Part shown: positions 31,338 through 40,759 of the stretch, piece by piece
How the letters are laid out: every line of letters starts with the position of its first letter
Numbering within the stretch: the stretch's first letter is position 1
From: an uncultured Gemmatimonadaceae bacterium
GTDB lineage: Bacteria > Gemmatimonadota > Gemmatimonadetes > Gemmatimonadales > Gemmatimonadaceae
Assembly (NCBI GenBank): GCA_963781585.1
Contig: CAWAGQ010000011.1
Location: forward strand, 64,001 to 128,000
Length of the DNA stretch: 64,000 nucleotides
Direction of reading: 5' to 3'
Position numbers and translations under genes: made by a program
The notes under the pieces: model-generated
Database searches by the model: none
Told to the model about the DNA's origin: nothing
Seen by the model: only the letters and a program-made list of their open reading frames with translations

Positions 31338-32048
31338 CTACTCGTTGCTCCGGCGGCGGATACCCAACAGGAGCACGAACCCGGCTACGGACATCGCCAC
31401 CGTCACGGCGCTCGCGGCCGCGAGCGTGAGTCGACGGGTGTTTCCCCTCGGCCGGCGCAGTCCGGGGATGGTGAACGTATGCATCTGGCCGGAGACCTGC
31501 TTGAACGGCGTGAGGATGTCGGTGAAACTGACCGCGGCCCACGGCGTGACGTAGGCCACTGTGCGACGGCGATCGCCGAATTGGACCCGCCAGGCAGGGA
31601 GCGCCCCGCGGTACGAACCCTCGTGCTCGCTCACCCGTACGACGCTCAGGATGGGGGGCGAGCTGCCGAGGGCCTCGCGAGCGACTTCGGGCGCCGTCGC
31701 GCTGTCGACCCGGTACGGCGTGCCCGTGCGGGCGTCGACCAGGTGCGCGTGACCGCTCGGCGGCACGATCTGGTAGAGCAGATGGCCTCCCATCATGCGC
31801 AGCGAGATGGCGCGCAGACCAGCGTCGGGGGGCAGGTCGATCGCCTGCAACGCCGCAGCCGGCGGCAGAACGTCCGGCCCGATGGCGGGCAGAGCCGGGG
31901 CGTCGCCCGCTCCTCCGGGCTGCACCGAGGGGGTGATCATCACCACGCCGGTGCAGGTCCACATCAGCACGAAGATCCCGACCGACCACGCCCCCCAGCG
32001 ATGCCACTGGCGCGAGAGCCGGATCCATGCGATCGCGTTCATCTCCAC
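31338..32048 (-). CDS. PepSY-associated TM domain protein
   Basis: RQWHRW..GIFVLMWTCTG, HLVDARTG, MHTF and a C-terminal TM. Confidence 0.7.
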   Translation of the reverse strand: MEMNAIAWIRLSRQWHRWGAWSVGIFVLMWTCTGVVMITPSVQPGGAGDAPALPAIGPDVLPPAAALQAIDLPPDAGLRAISLRMMGGHLLYQIVPPSGHAHLVDARTGTPYRVDSATAPEVAREALGSSPPILSVVRVSEHEGSYRGALPAWRVQFGDRRRTVAYVTPWAAVSFTDILTPFKQVSGQMHTFTIPGLRRPRGNTRRLTLAAASAVTVAMSVAGFVLLLGIRRRSNE

Positions 32049-32061
32049 GAGGACGGCCGGG

Positions 32062-33885
32062 TCAGTGGTGGGGCAACGGGGGCCAGGTCTCTCCGATCGC
32101 GTGCGCTACCTGCTTCCGCAGCCGATCGATGACCGCCGCCGATGCCGGCGCCGCAGCCAGGTTCACCGCCTCCGCACTGTCGGTGCGCCAGGCGAACAGC
32201 TCTTCGACGCCGTCGCCATATCGGATGTACTGCCACGTGGAATCCATCGCGCTCTTGATCGGGCCGCGCGAGGTCGGGTTGTCCGGCGGGACGTTGATGC
32301 CGGCGGCGACTTCGGCCACGATCGGACTCGGATCGGCGCCGGTCCCTTCGGTCCAGGTGGGAACGAGCGATGTCCCCGCGAGGTGGTGCGCACGCACGCC
32401 GGCGAGAGCGGCGATTGTCGCGGCCAGGTCGCGCAGCGTGACGAGGGAGGTCACGTGCCGCCCGGGTGGAAGGTGTCCCGGTGCGTACACGATGAGCGGG
32501 ACGTGCAGGAGCGGGAGGTAGAGGGAGTTGGCGTGGCCATCGAGGCCGTGCTCTCCCCACTGCTCGCCGTGGTCGGACGTGATGATGAGGATCGTCGGTC
32601 GACCGCTGCCATCGGCGGTGAGGCGCCGCGCGAGCTGCCCGATGATGCTGTCCTCGTACGCGATCGCGCCGTCGTAGCGGTCGCGGAAGTCCTTGCCCTC
32701 GCTGAACCGGTCGTGGAATTCGGTGGGCGAATCGTACGGCGAGTGCGCGTCGAAGAAGTTGAGCAGCGCGAACCAGGGGCCGCCGCCCACCCGCGATCGC
32801 CAGTGCAGGAAGTTGTCGACGATCGTGGCCGCGGGCTGCTTCTGGTCCTCCTGCACCCGAAGCACCCTGAGGTCGAGGCGGCGGACGGCATTCCACAGCA
32901 TGTACTTGTGGCGGGTGACGATGCCGGTGAGGAAGAGCCGCCCCGAATTGGTCTGCATCAACGTCGTGCTCCACAACGCCTGCTGCCAGGAGATGGGGAA
33001 GTCCTCGAAGTGACTGAAATCGCGGGAGATTCCCATCTGGTATCCGGCGTAGCCGGCATTGGCGACAAAGCCGCCCGTGGCGTATCCATCGGCGCCGAGG
33101 GTCGCGGCGAGGGTCGGCGCGTCCCGCGTCATCGGCGAGAGGTAATCCGCCCTGGTCTGACTCGCCCAGAGTCCGGTCATCATGCTGGCGTGCGACGGGC
33201 CGGTCCACGGCGCCGTGGAGATCGCCCGCTCGAACAACACGCCGTCCGCCGCCAGGCGTTCCAGCTCCGGTGAGGTGGGTCGCGCGAAGCCGTAGGCGCT
33301 GAGTTCCGACGCGCGGACGGTGTCCATGATCAGCAGGACCACGTTCGGCGCGTCGGCCGCCGCCTGGGGAAGTCGCGCCAGGGTCCACTGCTCGCGTACG
33401 CGGCGCGCCGCTCCGGTGATGACGCCGGCCGTCGCCAGCAGCACGGCGAAAGCGATGGTGGTCATGCGCACGCGGGGCATCCACACCGCCCGGTTGGCGC
33501 CAATCACCACGCCGAGTCGTGTCGCAAGGCCGATGGCGAGCGCCAGTTCCGCCAGCGGATGCAGGTGGGGGTAGAGCAGGAACACGGAGAAGATGGCAAG
33601 CGTCGCAAAGATGGTGGTGGCCACCCCGAGCGTGACCAGGCGCGGAAAGACCTTCGCGACGACAAGCAGCACGCCGGCGAGCGGCAGGAAGAGCATCAGA
33701 TGGCCGATCGGTGACAGCCAGGCGAACTCCCGGCTGGTCCAGGTGATCATGTGCAGCACGCGATAGCGATACTCGGCCCAGGCGACGAGGCCTGTGGCGG
33801 CAACCATCGCTGCGGCGCAGGCGAGGAGGACGAGGTCACGCGCCTGGAGCGGCGTGACGGGCGGCCGGTGTTCGGACCCTTTCAT
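32062..33885 (-). CDS. Membrane-anchored sulfatase-like (alkaline phosphatase superfamily) hydrolase/transferase
   Basis: About five N-terminal TMs, PNVVLLIMDTVRA, APWTGPSHASMMTG, DAHSPY, TSDHGE, HVPLI. Confidence 0.85.
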   Translation of the reverse strand: MKGSEHRPPVTPLQARDLVLLACAAAMVAATGLVAWAEYRYRVLHMITWTSREFAWLSPIGHLMLFLPLAGVLLVVAKVFPRLVTLGVATTIFATLAIFSVFLLYPHLHPLAELALAIGLATRLGVVIGANRAVWMPRVRMTTIAFAVLLATAGVITGAARRVREQWTLARLPQAAADAPNVVLLIMDTVRASELSAYGFARPTSPELERLAADGVLFERAISTAPWTGPSHASMMTGLWASQTRADYLSPMTRDAPTLAATLGADGYATGGFVANAGYAGYQMGISRDFSHFEDFPISWQQALWSTTLMQTNSGRLFLTGIVTRHKYMLWNAVRRLDLRVLRVQEDQKQPAATIVDNFLHWRSRVGGGPWFALLNFFDAHSPYDSPTEFHDRFSEGKDFRDRYDGAIAYEDSIIGQLARRLTADGSGRPTILIITSDHGEQWGEHGLDGHANSLYLPLLHVPLIVYAPGHLPPGRHVTSLVTLRDLAATIAALAGVRAHHLAGTSLVPTWTEGTGADPSPIVAEVAAGINVPPDNPTSRGPIKSAMDSTWQYIRYGDGVEELFAWRTDSAEAVNLAAAPASAAVIDRLRKQVAHAIGETWPPLPHH

Positions 33886-35426
33886 GGCGTGGGCGCGTAC
33901 CAGGCCGCCGCCTCGCGTCCACGGCGGATCATCGCGTCGAGGGCCGCGCGGTCGAACAGGCGCCCGCGTGCCACGACCATCGCGATGCGGCGGGTATTGG
34001 CGATGTCGGCGGTCGGGTCGCCATCCAGCACGACCAGGTCGGCCACCGCGCCCGGCCGCACCGTGCCTAACGTGTCGGCGGCGCCGAGGAAACGCGCCGG
34101 GTTGATGGTCGCCGTGCGGAGCGCCTCGAGCGGCGTGAGCCCCGCGCGCACCAGCAGCGCCAGTTCGTCGTGCAGACTCTCGCCCGGAAGCGCGTGCTGG
34201 TTCGGCGTGTCGGAGCCCGCCAGCAGGCCCACCCCCGCGTGCTCCATCGTGCCCACCGTCCACAGCATGCGATCGTAGAGCTGCACCAGGGGATGCGAGG
34301 CCGGGCGCGGCTCGGCCGCCCACCCGTGCCAGGGTGTCCTGGGCGCCAGCAGGGCTGGAAGGTCGGGCGAGCTGCGCAGCAGGGAGTCGGGGGCGCGGAA
34401 GAGGACACCGTACATCCGCAGCGTGGGAATCTGCCAGGTGTGCGCGGTCGCCAGTTGCGCGAACAGTGCCTCGGCGCGCGCGTCGTTCCAGTAGGCCAGC
34501 GGCAGCGTGACCGGATACTCGGCGTGCTCCACCAGATGCAGCTTCCACAGGACGCGCGCGTACCATGGGCGCGTGGTGTGCCAGGTGGTAAGGCGGCGCA
34601 CGAACCACTCGCGTCGTGTGCAGGCGAGCAGCACGCGCGACAGGTGGTCGTCGGCGTGCTGCCCCAGGGCGGAAGTCTCCCAGAGGGAGCGGTTACCGGG
34701 GACCAGCCCTTCGAAGGGAAGCCCTGCTTGTCGCGCCGTCACCGCCAGCGTGTCGAGAAGCGTCCCGTCGAAGCTGCCGCTCAGGTACAGTGCATCCACC
34801 CCCTCACGCCGCAACGCACCCACCGCATGAGCGACGTCGGCGGCGCTGCGAAGCGGCTCGGTGGTCGCATTGTCGGTGTCCTGTGTCGCGAGTTTGGGGC
34901 CGGTGTAGACGATCCGTGGGCCGATGCGCCGCCCCTGCGCGATGGCGTCGCGCCATTGCGCGAGCGTCGTGGTCGCACCGGCGATATCGCGTACCCCGGT
35001 CACGCCCCAGGCCACGAAGAGGGGGTGGAAGAAGGCGGCGTTGGAGTCGACCGGGAGCCGCTTCGACATCGAAAGCGCTTCCTCGACGTGCATGTCCCAG
35101 AGGCCGGGAATCACGTAGCGGCCCGCCGCGTCGACAATACGCGCGCCGCGGGGCGGAGCGCCGGCGCTATCTACCCCCGTGATGTGCTCACCCGTGAGGA
35201 CGACGGTCGCGTTGCGATGCTGTGCCCCCGTCGCCACGTCGATCACGGTCGCGTGCACCAGAGCCACTGGATGCTCCACGCCGGCCAGCCGCTGGGCGCC
35301 GACAGACGCCGGCACGGCCAGCAGCGCCGCCAACCGCCGCGCACCTTGCATGAGCGGGGCATGGGGCCGCATCCACGACACGATCGACATCGACTGCTCC
35401 AGGTTCGTCCAGATTGTCAGGTCCAC
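33882..35426 (-). CDS. Amidohydrolase-superfamily protein
   Basis: YVIPGLWDMH, GVTGVRD, LLAGSD, LHDEL, ATINPA, G.VADLVVLDGDP. Start is uncertain. Confidence 0.8.
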   Translation of the reverse strand: MDLTIWTNLEQSMSIVSWMRPHAPLMQGARRLAALLAVPASVGAQRLAGVEHPVALVHATVIDVATGAQHRNATVVLTGEHITGVDSAGAPPRGARIVDAAGRYVIPGLWDMHVEEALSMSKRLPVDSNAAFFHPLFVAWGVTGVRDIAGATTTLAQWRDAIAQGRRIGPRIVYTGPKLATQDTDNATTEPLRSAADVAHAVGALRREGVDALYLSGSFDGTLLDTLAVTARQAGLPFEGLVPGNRSLWETSALGQHADDHLSRVLLACTRREWFVRRLTTWHTTRPWYARVLWKLHLVEHAEYPVTLPLAYWNDARAEALFAQLATAHTWQIPTLRMYGVLFRAPDSLLRSSPDLPALLAPRTPWHGWAAEPRPASHPLVQLYDRMLWTVGTMEHAGVGLLAGSDTPNQHALPGESLHDELALLVRAGLTPLEALRTATINPARFLGAADTLGTVRPGAVADLVVLDGDPTADIANTRRIAMVVARGRLFDRAALDAMIRRGREAAAWYAPTP

Positions 35427-35716
35427 GAAATATCCCGCGCGGTGTCGGCAATTCCAACCAGCGGGTGGGTCAACTCAACCTCGTGCGTCACCGTATCTTG
35501 TGGCGTGGAGTTGTCGCAACAGGGGGCTGCAGGTAGCATGCCTGAAAGGGGCGAGCCCGGCGCCCCCGACATGTCTCGGACGGCAGCCTGGTCGCCGGCA
35601 TGCCGTGGCCCGAAAGCCGGGCACCGCCCTTGCTCCCGGAAGGAGCGGTGAACGCCGATGGCATCCACGCGCGATCCCGTGTCCCGGCGGCGGACGTGAG
35701 CGTCTACGAATCACGG

Positions 35717-37159
35717 ATGAGTGAACCCACCAAAACAGCCACGCGCGATTCGGTGAGCCGGCTTCCACGCATCGCGGTGCTGGGAGGCGGGCCCGCTGGT
35801 TGCGGCGCGGCGTACCAGCTGCGGCGCACCGGCAAGGCGACCGTTACCCTGCTCGAACGCCAGGACGTCGTGGGCGGCAATGCCGGGAGTTTCTTCTGGG
35901 GCGGCCAGTGGCTCGACTTCGGCTCGCACCGGCTCCACCACACCGTGGACCCCAGAATCCTGGCCGACATCAGGCAGATGCTGGGCGCGGATTTCAACGA
36001 CTTCCAGCGCCACGGCCGGATCCGCCTGCGTGGCCAGTGGCTCCACTTCCCCATCCAGACGATCGACCTCCTGCGCCGCCTCGACAAGGGCTTCGCGTTG
36101 GGAATGGCGCGCGACATGGTGATGCGAAAGCTCGCGAAGCCTGACGAGGGCGACACGTTCGCCTCGGTCCTGCTGGCGAACCTGGGGCCGACGATGTGCC
36201 ACCACTTCTACTTTCCGTATGCACGGAAGTTGTGGGGGCACGAACCGGAAGTGCTGTCGGGGACCCAGGCGCGAAAGCGCGTCACGGCGGGGAGCTTCGG
36301 AAAGCTCATCAAGCGGATGCTGCGCCCCGTCGGGGGCGGCAACTACTACTATATGCGTCGCGGCTACGGCCAGATCAGCGCCACCTACGCGGAGCAGGCT
36401 CGGCTCGCGGGGGCGGAGATGCTCCTGGGCTGGGCGGCGTCGCGAATTGAGCGCATACCGGACGGCGGCGGCGCCTGGCGGATCACGGCCGAGCGCAACG
36501 GCGAGCGGCGCACGATCGACGCGGACTTCATCTGGTCGACGATCCCGATCACCCTGCTGGCGCGCATGGTGCAGCCGGCGGCGCCGCCGCAGGTGCTCGA
36601 GGCGGCGAGCGCAATCGGGTACCGCGCGATGGTGCTCGTGTACGTCCAGCTACCGGTGTCGCAGTTCACCACCACCGACGCGCACTACTTCCCCGAGGAG
36701 AACGTGCGCGTCACGCGCCTGTCGGAGCCCAAGAACTACTTCCGGCTGCAGGAGCCGGTCGGGACGACGGTCCTGTGCGGCGAGTATCCGTGCCGCGTGG
36801 ACGACGAGATCTGGTCGGCCAGCGACGATCAGCTGGCGGAACGCCTGGCGAAGGACGCGGCCACGGCGGGGATCCCGTTCCCGGCGCGCCCGACCGACGT
36901 GAAGGTGCGCCGGCTGCGTCAGGCGTATCCCGTGTACCTGCGGGGATACGAGAAGCCGTTGCAGGCACTGGACGACTGGGTGGCGAGCCTTCCCGACGTC
37001 CTTGTGTACGGGCGCCAGGGGTTGTTCGCCCACGACAATACGCACCACGCGTTGTACATGGCATACTCCGCCGTGGACTGCCTCAACGGGATGATCTTCG
37101 ATCAGGCGCGGTGGAAGGACTACCGCAGGATCTTCGCGACGCATGTTGTCGAGGACTGA
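35717..37159 (+). CDS. FAD-dependent oxidoreductase (UDP-galactopyranose-mutase/HemY-like fold)
   Basis: AVLGGGPAG, VGGNAGS, DFGSHR, RLSEPKN, AYPVY, GRQGLF.H.NTHH. Confidence 0.8.
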   Translation: MSEPTKTATRDSVSRLPRIAVLGGGPAGCGAAYQLRRTGKATVTLLERQDVVGGNAGSFFWGGQWLDFGSHRLHHTVDPRILADIRQMLGADFNDFQRHGRIRLRGQWLHFPIQTIDLLRRLDKGFALGMARDMVMRKLAKPDEGDTFASVLLANLGPTMCHHFYFPYARKLWGHEPEVLSGTQARKRVTAGSFGKLIKRMLRPVGGGNYYYMRRGYGQISATYAEQARLAGAEMLLGWAASRIERIPDGGGAWRITAERNGERRTIDADFIWSTIPITLLARMVQPAAPPQVLEAASAIGYRAMVLVYVQLPVSQFTTTDAHYFPEENVRVTRLSEPKNYFRLQEPVGTTVLCGEYPCRVDDEIWSASDDQLAERLAKDAATAGIPFPARPTDVKVRRLRQAYPVYLRGYEKPLQALDDWVASLPDVLVYGRQGLFAHDNTHHALYMAYSAVDCLNGMIFDQARWKDYRRIFATHVVED

Positions 37160-38669
37160 GCCGCTCGGAGAGGGAACGGCGAGGGGAGACGCGTGGAGTG
37201 ATGCCGGGGCGCCTGCGACGCCTGACGCGGCGACGCCGTGGCGGTTGCTGCTCGCCATCACGGTGCTGGCGACGGTGGCGCGCGCGATCGGACTCAACGA
37301 CGGCCTGTGGATCGATGAGATCTACTCCCTGGTGCGGTCGTTCCGCACACCACTGGGACAGATCCTCACCGAATTCTGGGGCGACAACCACCACCCGCTG
37401 TACGCCGTGCTCGCGCACGCAAGCCGCGGGGTGTTCGGTGAGTCGGCGTGGAGCATCCGGCTGCCAGCGCTTCTCTTCGGGGTGGCGGCGGTACCGGCAC
37501 TGTTCGCACTCGGGCGATTGGTGGTCTCGCGCCGAGAGGCGCTCCTGGCCGCGACGCTGCTGGCCGTCTCCTATCACCACGTCTGGTTCTCGCAGAATGC
37601 CCGCGGATACAGCGCGATTGCATTCTTCGCGATCGTGCTCATGTGGGCGCTGCTGCGCGGGATGGCAACCGGACGGCTCGCGTATTTCGCGTGGTATGGC
37701 GTGGCGGCAGGGCTGGGCGCGTATACCCATCTCACGGTGGTGTTGATCGTGGCCGGGCATGCGATCGCCGGACTGCTGGTGCTGCCGCGGGTTCCGGCGG
37801 CCGAGCGCGGGAGTCGGTTCCGGGGCCTCCTGCTGGCGATGGGCCTGGGCGCGGCTCTGACGGTCGTCCTCTACGCCCCCATGCTCGGGTCGGTGATCCA
37901 CTACTTCCTGCACTCGCCCTCGGGCCTGCAGGGTGTCTCCACACCGCGGTGGGCTTTGCTCGAGGGGATCCGGGTGCTCGTGCTCGGGCTCAGTGGAGGA
38001 GTTCGTGTGGTGGGGGCCGTGGTGGTTGTGGCCGGAGTGCTGGTGGGGGTCGCGGGGGTGGTTTCCATCTGGCGACGATCCCCCCTCTTCATCCTGCTTC
38101 TGGTGGTGCCCGCCCTGGTGACGAGCGCCGGGGCGGCGGCGGCGCGGGGTACGCTCTATCCGCGATTCTTCTTCTTCGCTATCGGGCCGGCAATCGTGGT
38201 CGCGGTGCGCGGCACGTTCGCCGCCGGAGCGTGGCTGTCGACCGGGCTTGGCCGAGCGCCCCTCACCGGTGTGCGGCTCGCGACCGCCGCTGTGGGTGGC
38301 GTGATCGCACTCTCGGCGGCGTCGTTGATGCTGGACTACCGATACCCCAAGCAGGACTACGCCGGCGCGATGCACTACGTGCTGGCGCAGCGCGTCGCGG
38401 GGGACAGCGTGGTTTCCATCGGAGTCCCGGCCGACCCATACCGCACCCTCTACGGGCAGGTCTGGCCGAACGTGAAGACCGCCGAACAGCTGGACTCGAT
38501 CCGGGCGTCCACGAAACGGACGTGGGTGCTCTATACCTTTCCGCGCTACGTCGAGGGCCAGGACCCGGCCATGTGGGCCACCCTGCGGGACGAGTGTGCA
38601 TCCCCGCGCGTCTTCCGGGGGACGGTGGGTGGAGGGGATGTTGTGGCGTGCCTGCTCAGCGAGAAATGA
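37143..38669 (+). CDS. GT-C (ArnT/PMT-like) glycosyltransferase
   Basis: [25 protein letters not shown]; polytopic. Confidence 0.85.
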   Translation: MLSRTEPLGEGTARGDAWSDAGAPATPDAATPWRLLLAITVLATVARAIGLNDGLWIDEIYSLVRSFRTPLGQILTEFWGDNHHPLYAVLAHASRGVFGESAWSIRLPALLFGVAAVPALFALGRLVVSRREALLAATLLAVSYHHVWFSQNARGYSAIAFFAIVLMWALLRGMATGRLAYFAWYGVAAGLGAYTHLTVVLIVAGHAIAGLLVLPRVPAAERGSRFRGLLLAMGLGAALTVVLYAPMLGSVIHYFLHSPSGLQGVSTPRWALLEGIRVLVLGLSGGVRVVGAVVVVAGVLVGVAGVVSIWRRSPLFILLLVVPALVTSAGAAAARGTLYPRFFFFAIGPAIVVAVRGTFAAGAWLSTGLGRAPLTGVRLATAAVGGVIALSAASLMLDYRYPKQDYAGAMHYVLAQRVAGDSVVSIGVPADPYRTLYGQVWPNVKTAEQLDSIRASTKRTWVLYTFPRYVEGQDPAMWATLRDECASPRVFRGTVGGGDVVACLLSEK

Positions 38670-39631
38670 CCAAACTCATCATCCAGATCCCCTGCTTCAA
38701 CGAGGCCGCGACGCTGCCACCGACGCTGCGCGACCTGCCGCGGACGCTGCCCGGGGTGGACGTGATCGAGTATCTGGTGATCGACGACGGCAGCCGCGAC
38801 GACACGGCGGCGGTGGCCCGCGCCAACGGTGTGCATCACGTGGTGCAGTTCGAGCGCAATCGCGGGCTCGCGGCAGCCTTCATGGCCGGCCTCGACGAGT
38901 CACTGCGGCGGGGGGCCGACATCATCGTCAACACCGACGCCGACAATCAGTACCAGTCGGCAGACATCGGACAGCTGATCGCCCCGATCCTCGCTCACCG
39001 CGCCGAACTGGTAGTGGGAGATCGCGGGGTGGCGAAGCTGCCGAACTTCTCGTCGATCAAGCGCCGGCTGCAGGTCTTCGGCAGCTGGGTGATTGGCCGG
39101 GCCGCGGGGCTGGAGACGCCGGACGCCACCAGCGGTTTCCGCGCCCTTTCGCGTGAGGCTGCGCTGCGGATGCTCGTGCTCAGCAATTACTCGTACACGC
39201 TCGAGTCACTCATCCATGCCGGTTCGCGCCGGGCGGCGGTGGAGTTCGTGCCGATCGGGATCAATCCGCAGACGCGTCCGTCGCGCCTGATGAAGTCCAT
39301 CCCGCACTACATCAGGAACTCGGGCCTGACGATCGTTCGCGCCTACGCCATGTACCGGCCCCTGCGCGTGTTCTCCGTCCTCGGGCTCTTTCTGATCGCG
39401 CTTGGCATCATTCCGGGACTGCGGTTCGTGGGGTTCTACCTCTCGGGTCAGCGCACGGGACACATCCAGTCGCTCATCCTGGCGGCGATCCTCATCATCG
39501 TGGGCGTCCAGGCCCTGCTCATGGGTCTGCTGGCCGACCTCATTGCGGCGAACCGCAAGCTGCTGGAGGAGGCGCTCTACCGGGTCAGGCGCCTGGAGCT
39601 CGGCGACCGTGCGGGAGGGGAGGGCCGTTGA
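38666..39631 (+). CDS. GT2 glycosyltransferase with C-terminal TMs
   Basis: [38 protein letters not shown] overlap with the upstream gene. Confidence 0.9.
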   Translation: MTKLIIQIPCFNEAATLPPTLRDLPRTLPGVDVIEYLVIDDGSRDDTAAVARANGVHHVVQFERNRGLAAAFMAGLDESLRRGADIIVNTDADNQYQSADIGQLIAPILAHRAELVVGDRGVAKLPNFSSIKRRLQVFGSWVIGRAAGLETPDATSGFRALSREAALRMLVLSNYSYTLESLIHAGSRRAAVEFVPIGINPQTRPSRLMKSIPHYIRNSGLTIVRAYAMYRPLRVFSVLGLFLIALGIIPGLRFVGFYLSGQRTGHIQSLILAAILIIVGVQALLMGLLADLIAANRKLLEEALYRVRRLELGDRAGGEGR

Positions 39632-40623
39632 CCACCGCGCCGGCGCGGCGGTCGCTGTTCCGTCACCCCCTGGTACGCGTGGCTGGAAGCGCGACGATCC
39701 TCGGGCTCCTCTTCATCGCGCTTCCGTTCCACGACATCACGACCGCGGTGCGGAGCGTGCCGTTAGGCGTCTGGCCGGGCGCGCTCGCGATGTACATGAC
39801 GTTGCACCTGGTGGGCGTCACCAAGTGGCGGTTGCTGGTGAACACGGCCGGCGCCGGACTCCCGTTCCGGACCGCGGCGCGGGCGTACTACATGGGGCTG
39901 TTCGGGAACACCTTCCTTCCGTCGATCGTCGGTGGGGACGTGGTGCGGGCCGGGGTCGCGCTGCGCGCCGCGCGCTCGAAGAGCGGGTTGGTGCTTGGCA
40001 GCCTGGTGGACCGACTGCTCGACGTGGTGGGCCTGGCCGGCGTGGCTGGTATCGGGGCGGTGCTGTCGCCTCGCGCCCTCGACGACCGCAGCCGGCGCAT
40101 TTTCCTCACGCTTGGCGTCCTGCTCGCTGTGGCGGGACTCGGCGCGCTCGTGGCGATCACGCTGACCCCGGTGCGTCGCTTCCCCTGGAAGGTGCGTCGC
40201 ACGCTGGTGCAGGTACGGCGCGCCTTGCGCGCCACGCTGCGTCGTCCCCAGGCGATCGTGGGCGCCTTCCTGCTCGGCATGCTCCTGCAGTCGCTGCTCA
40301 CCATCCTCAACTGGTGGCTCGGGCGGTTGATGGGCATCGACATTCCGGTCTACGTCTGGCTCTTCGTCTGGCCTTTGGCCAAGATCGCTGCGCTCCTGCC
40401 TGTCACGCAGAACGGCATTGGCGTCCGCGAGGCGGCGCAGGCGGCCCTCTTCGCGCCGTTCGGCGTCTCGGCCGCTCGTGCGGTCGCCACCGGACTCGTG
40501 TTCGAGGTGGTGCTGATCAGCGGTGGACTTCTGGGCGGCGCGCTGGCCTTCCTGTTGAGCGGGAGTCGGGCCGAGCGGCACGCGCTCCGCGCGTCAGCGT
40601 CGGTGTCGCCGGGCGCTGGTTAG
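39628..40623 (+). CDS. Lysylphosphatidylglycerol-synthase-TM (flippase-like) protein
   Basis: [42 protein letters not shown]. Confidence 0.85.
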   Translation: MTTAPARRSLFRHPLVRVAGSATILGLLFIALPFHDITTAVRSVPLGVWPGALAMYMTLHLVGVTKWRLLVNTAGAGLPFRTAARAYYMGLFGNTFLPSIVGGDVVRAGVALRAARSKSGLVLGSLVDRLLDVVGLAGVAGIGAVLSPRALDDRSRRIFLTLGVLLAVAGLGALVAITLTPVRRFPWKVRRTLVQVRRALRATLRRPQAIVGAFLLGMLLQSLLTILNWWLGRLMGIDIPVYVWLFVWPLAKIAALLPVTQNGIGVREAAQAALFAPFGVSAARAVATGLVFEVVLISGGLLGGALAFLLSGSRAERHALRASASVSPGAG

Positions 40624-40632
40624 GCGAGAGAA

Positions 40633-40744
40633 TCGGCGATCAGCGATCAGAAATCAGCGGGCAGAAGACAGCGATCAGCGATCAGCGGTCAGCGGTCAGC
40701 AGTCAGCGGTCAGCGGTCGGCGATCCGTGGTCAGCGATCAGCGG
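40633..40744. repeat. 16 x 7-bp degenerate tandem repeat (consensus TCAGCGR) between convergent genes
   Basis: Sixteen units in perfect register from 40633. Confidence 0.92.
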
Positions 40745-40759
40745 TGCGCGTCGACGCGG

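Noticed and set aside
35520..35630. c-di-GMP-I riboswitch
   Set aside because: GAAA elements are present, but the expected GGCAAA/GCAAAGC framework is not; kept only as an unassigned structure.
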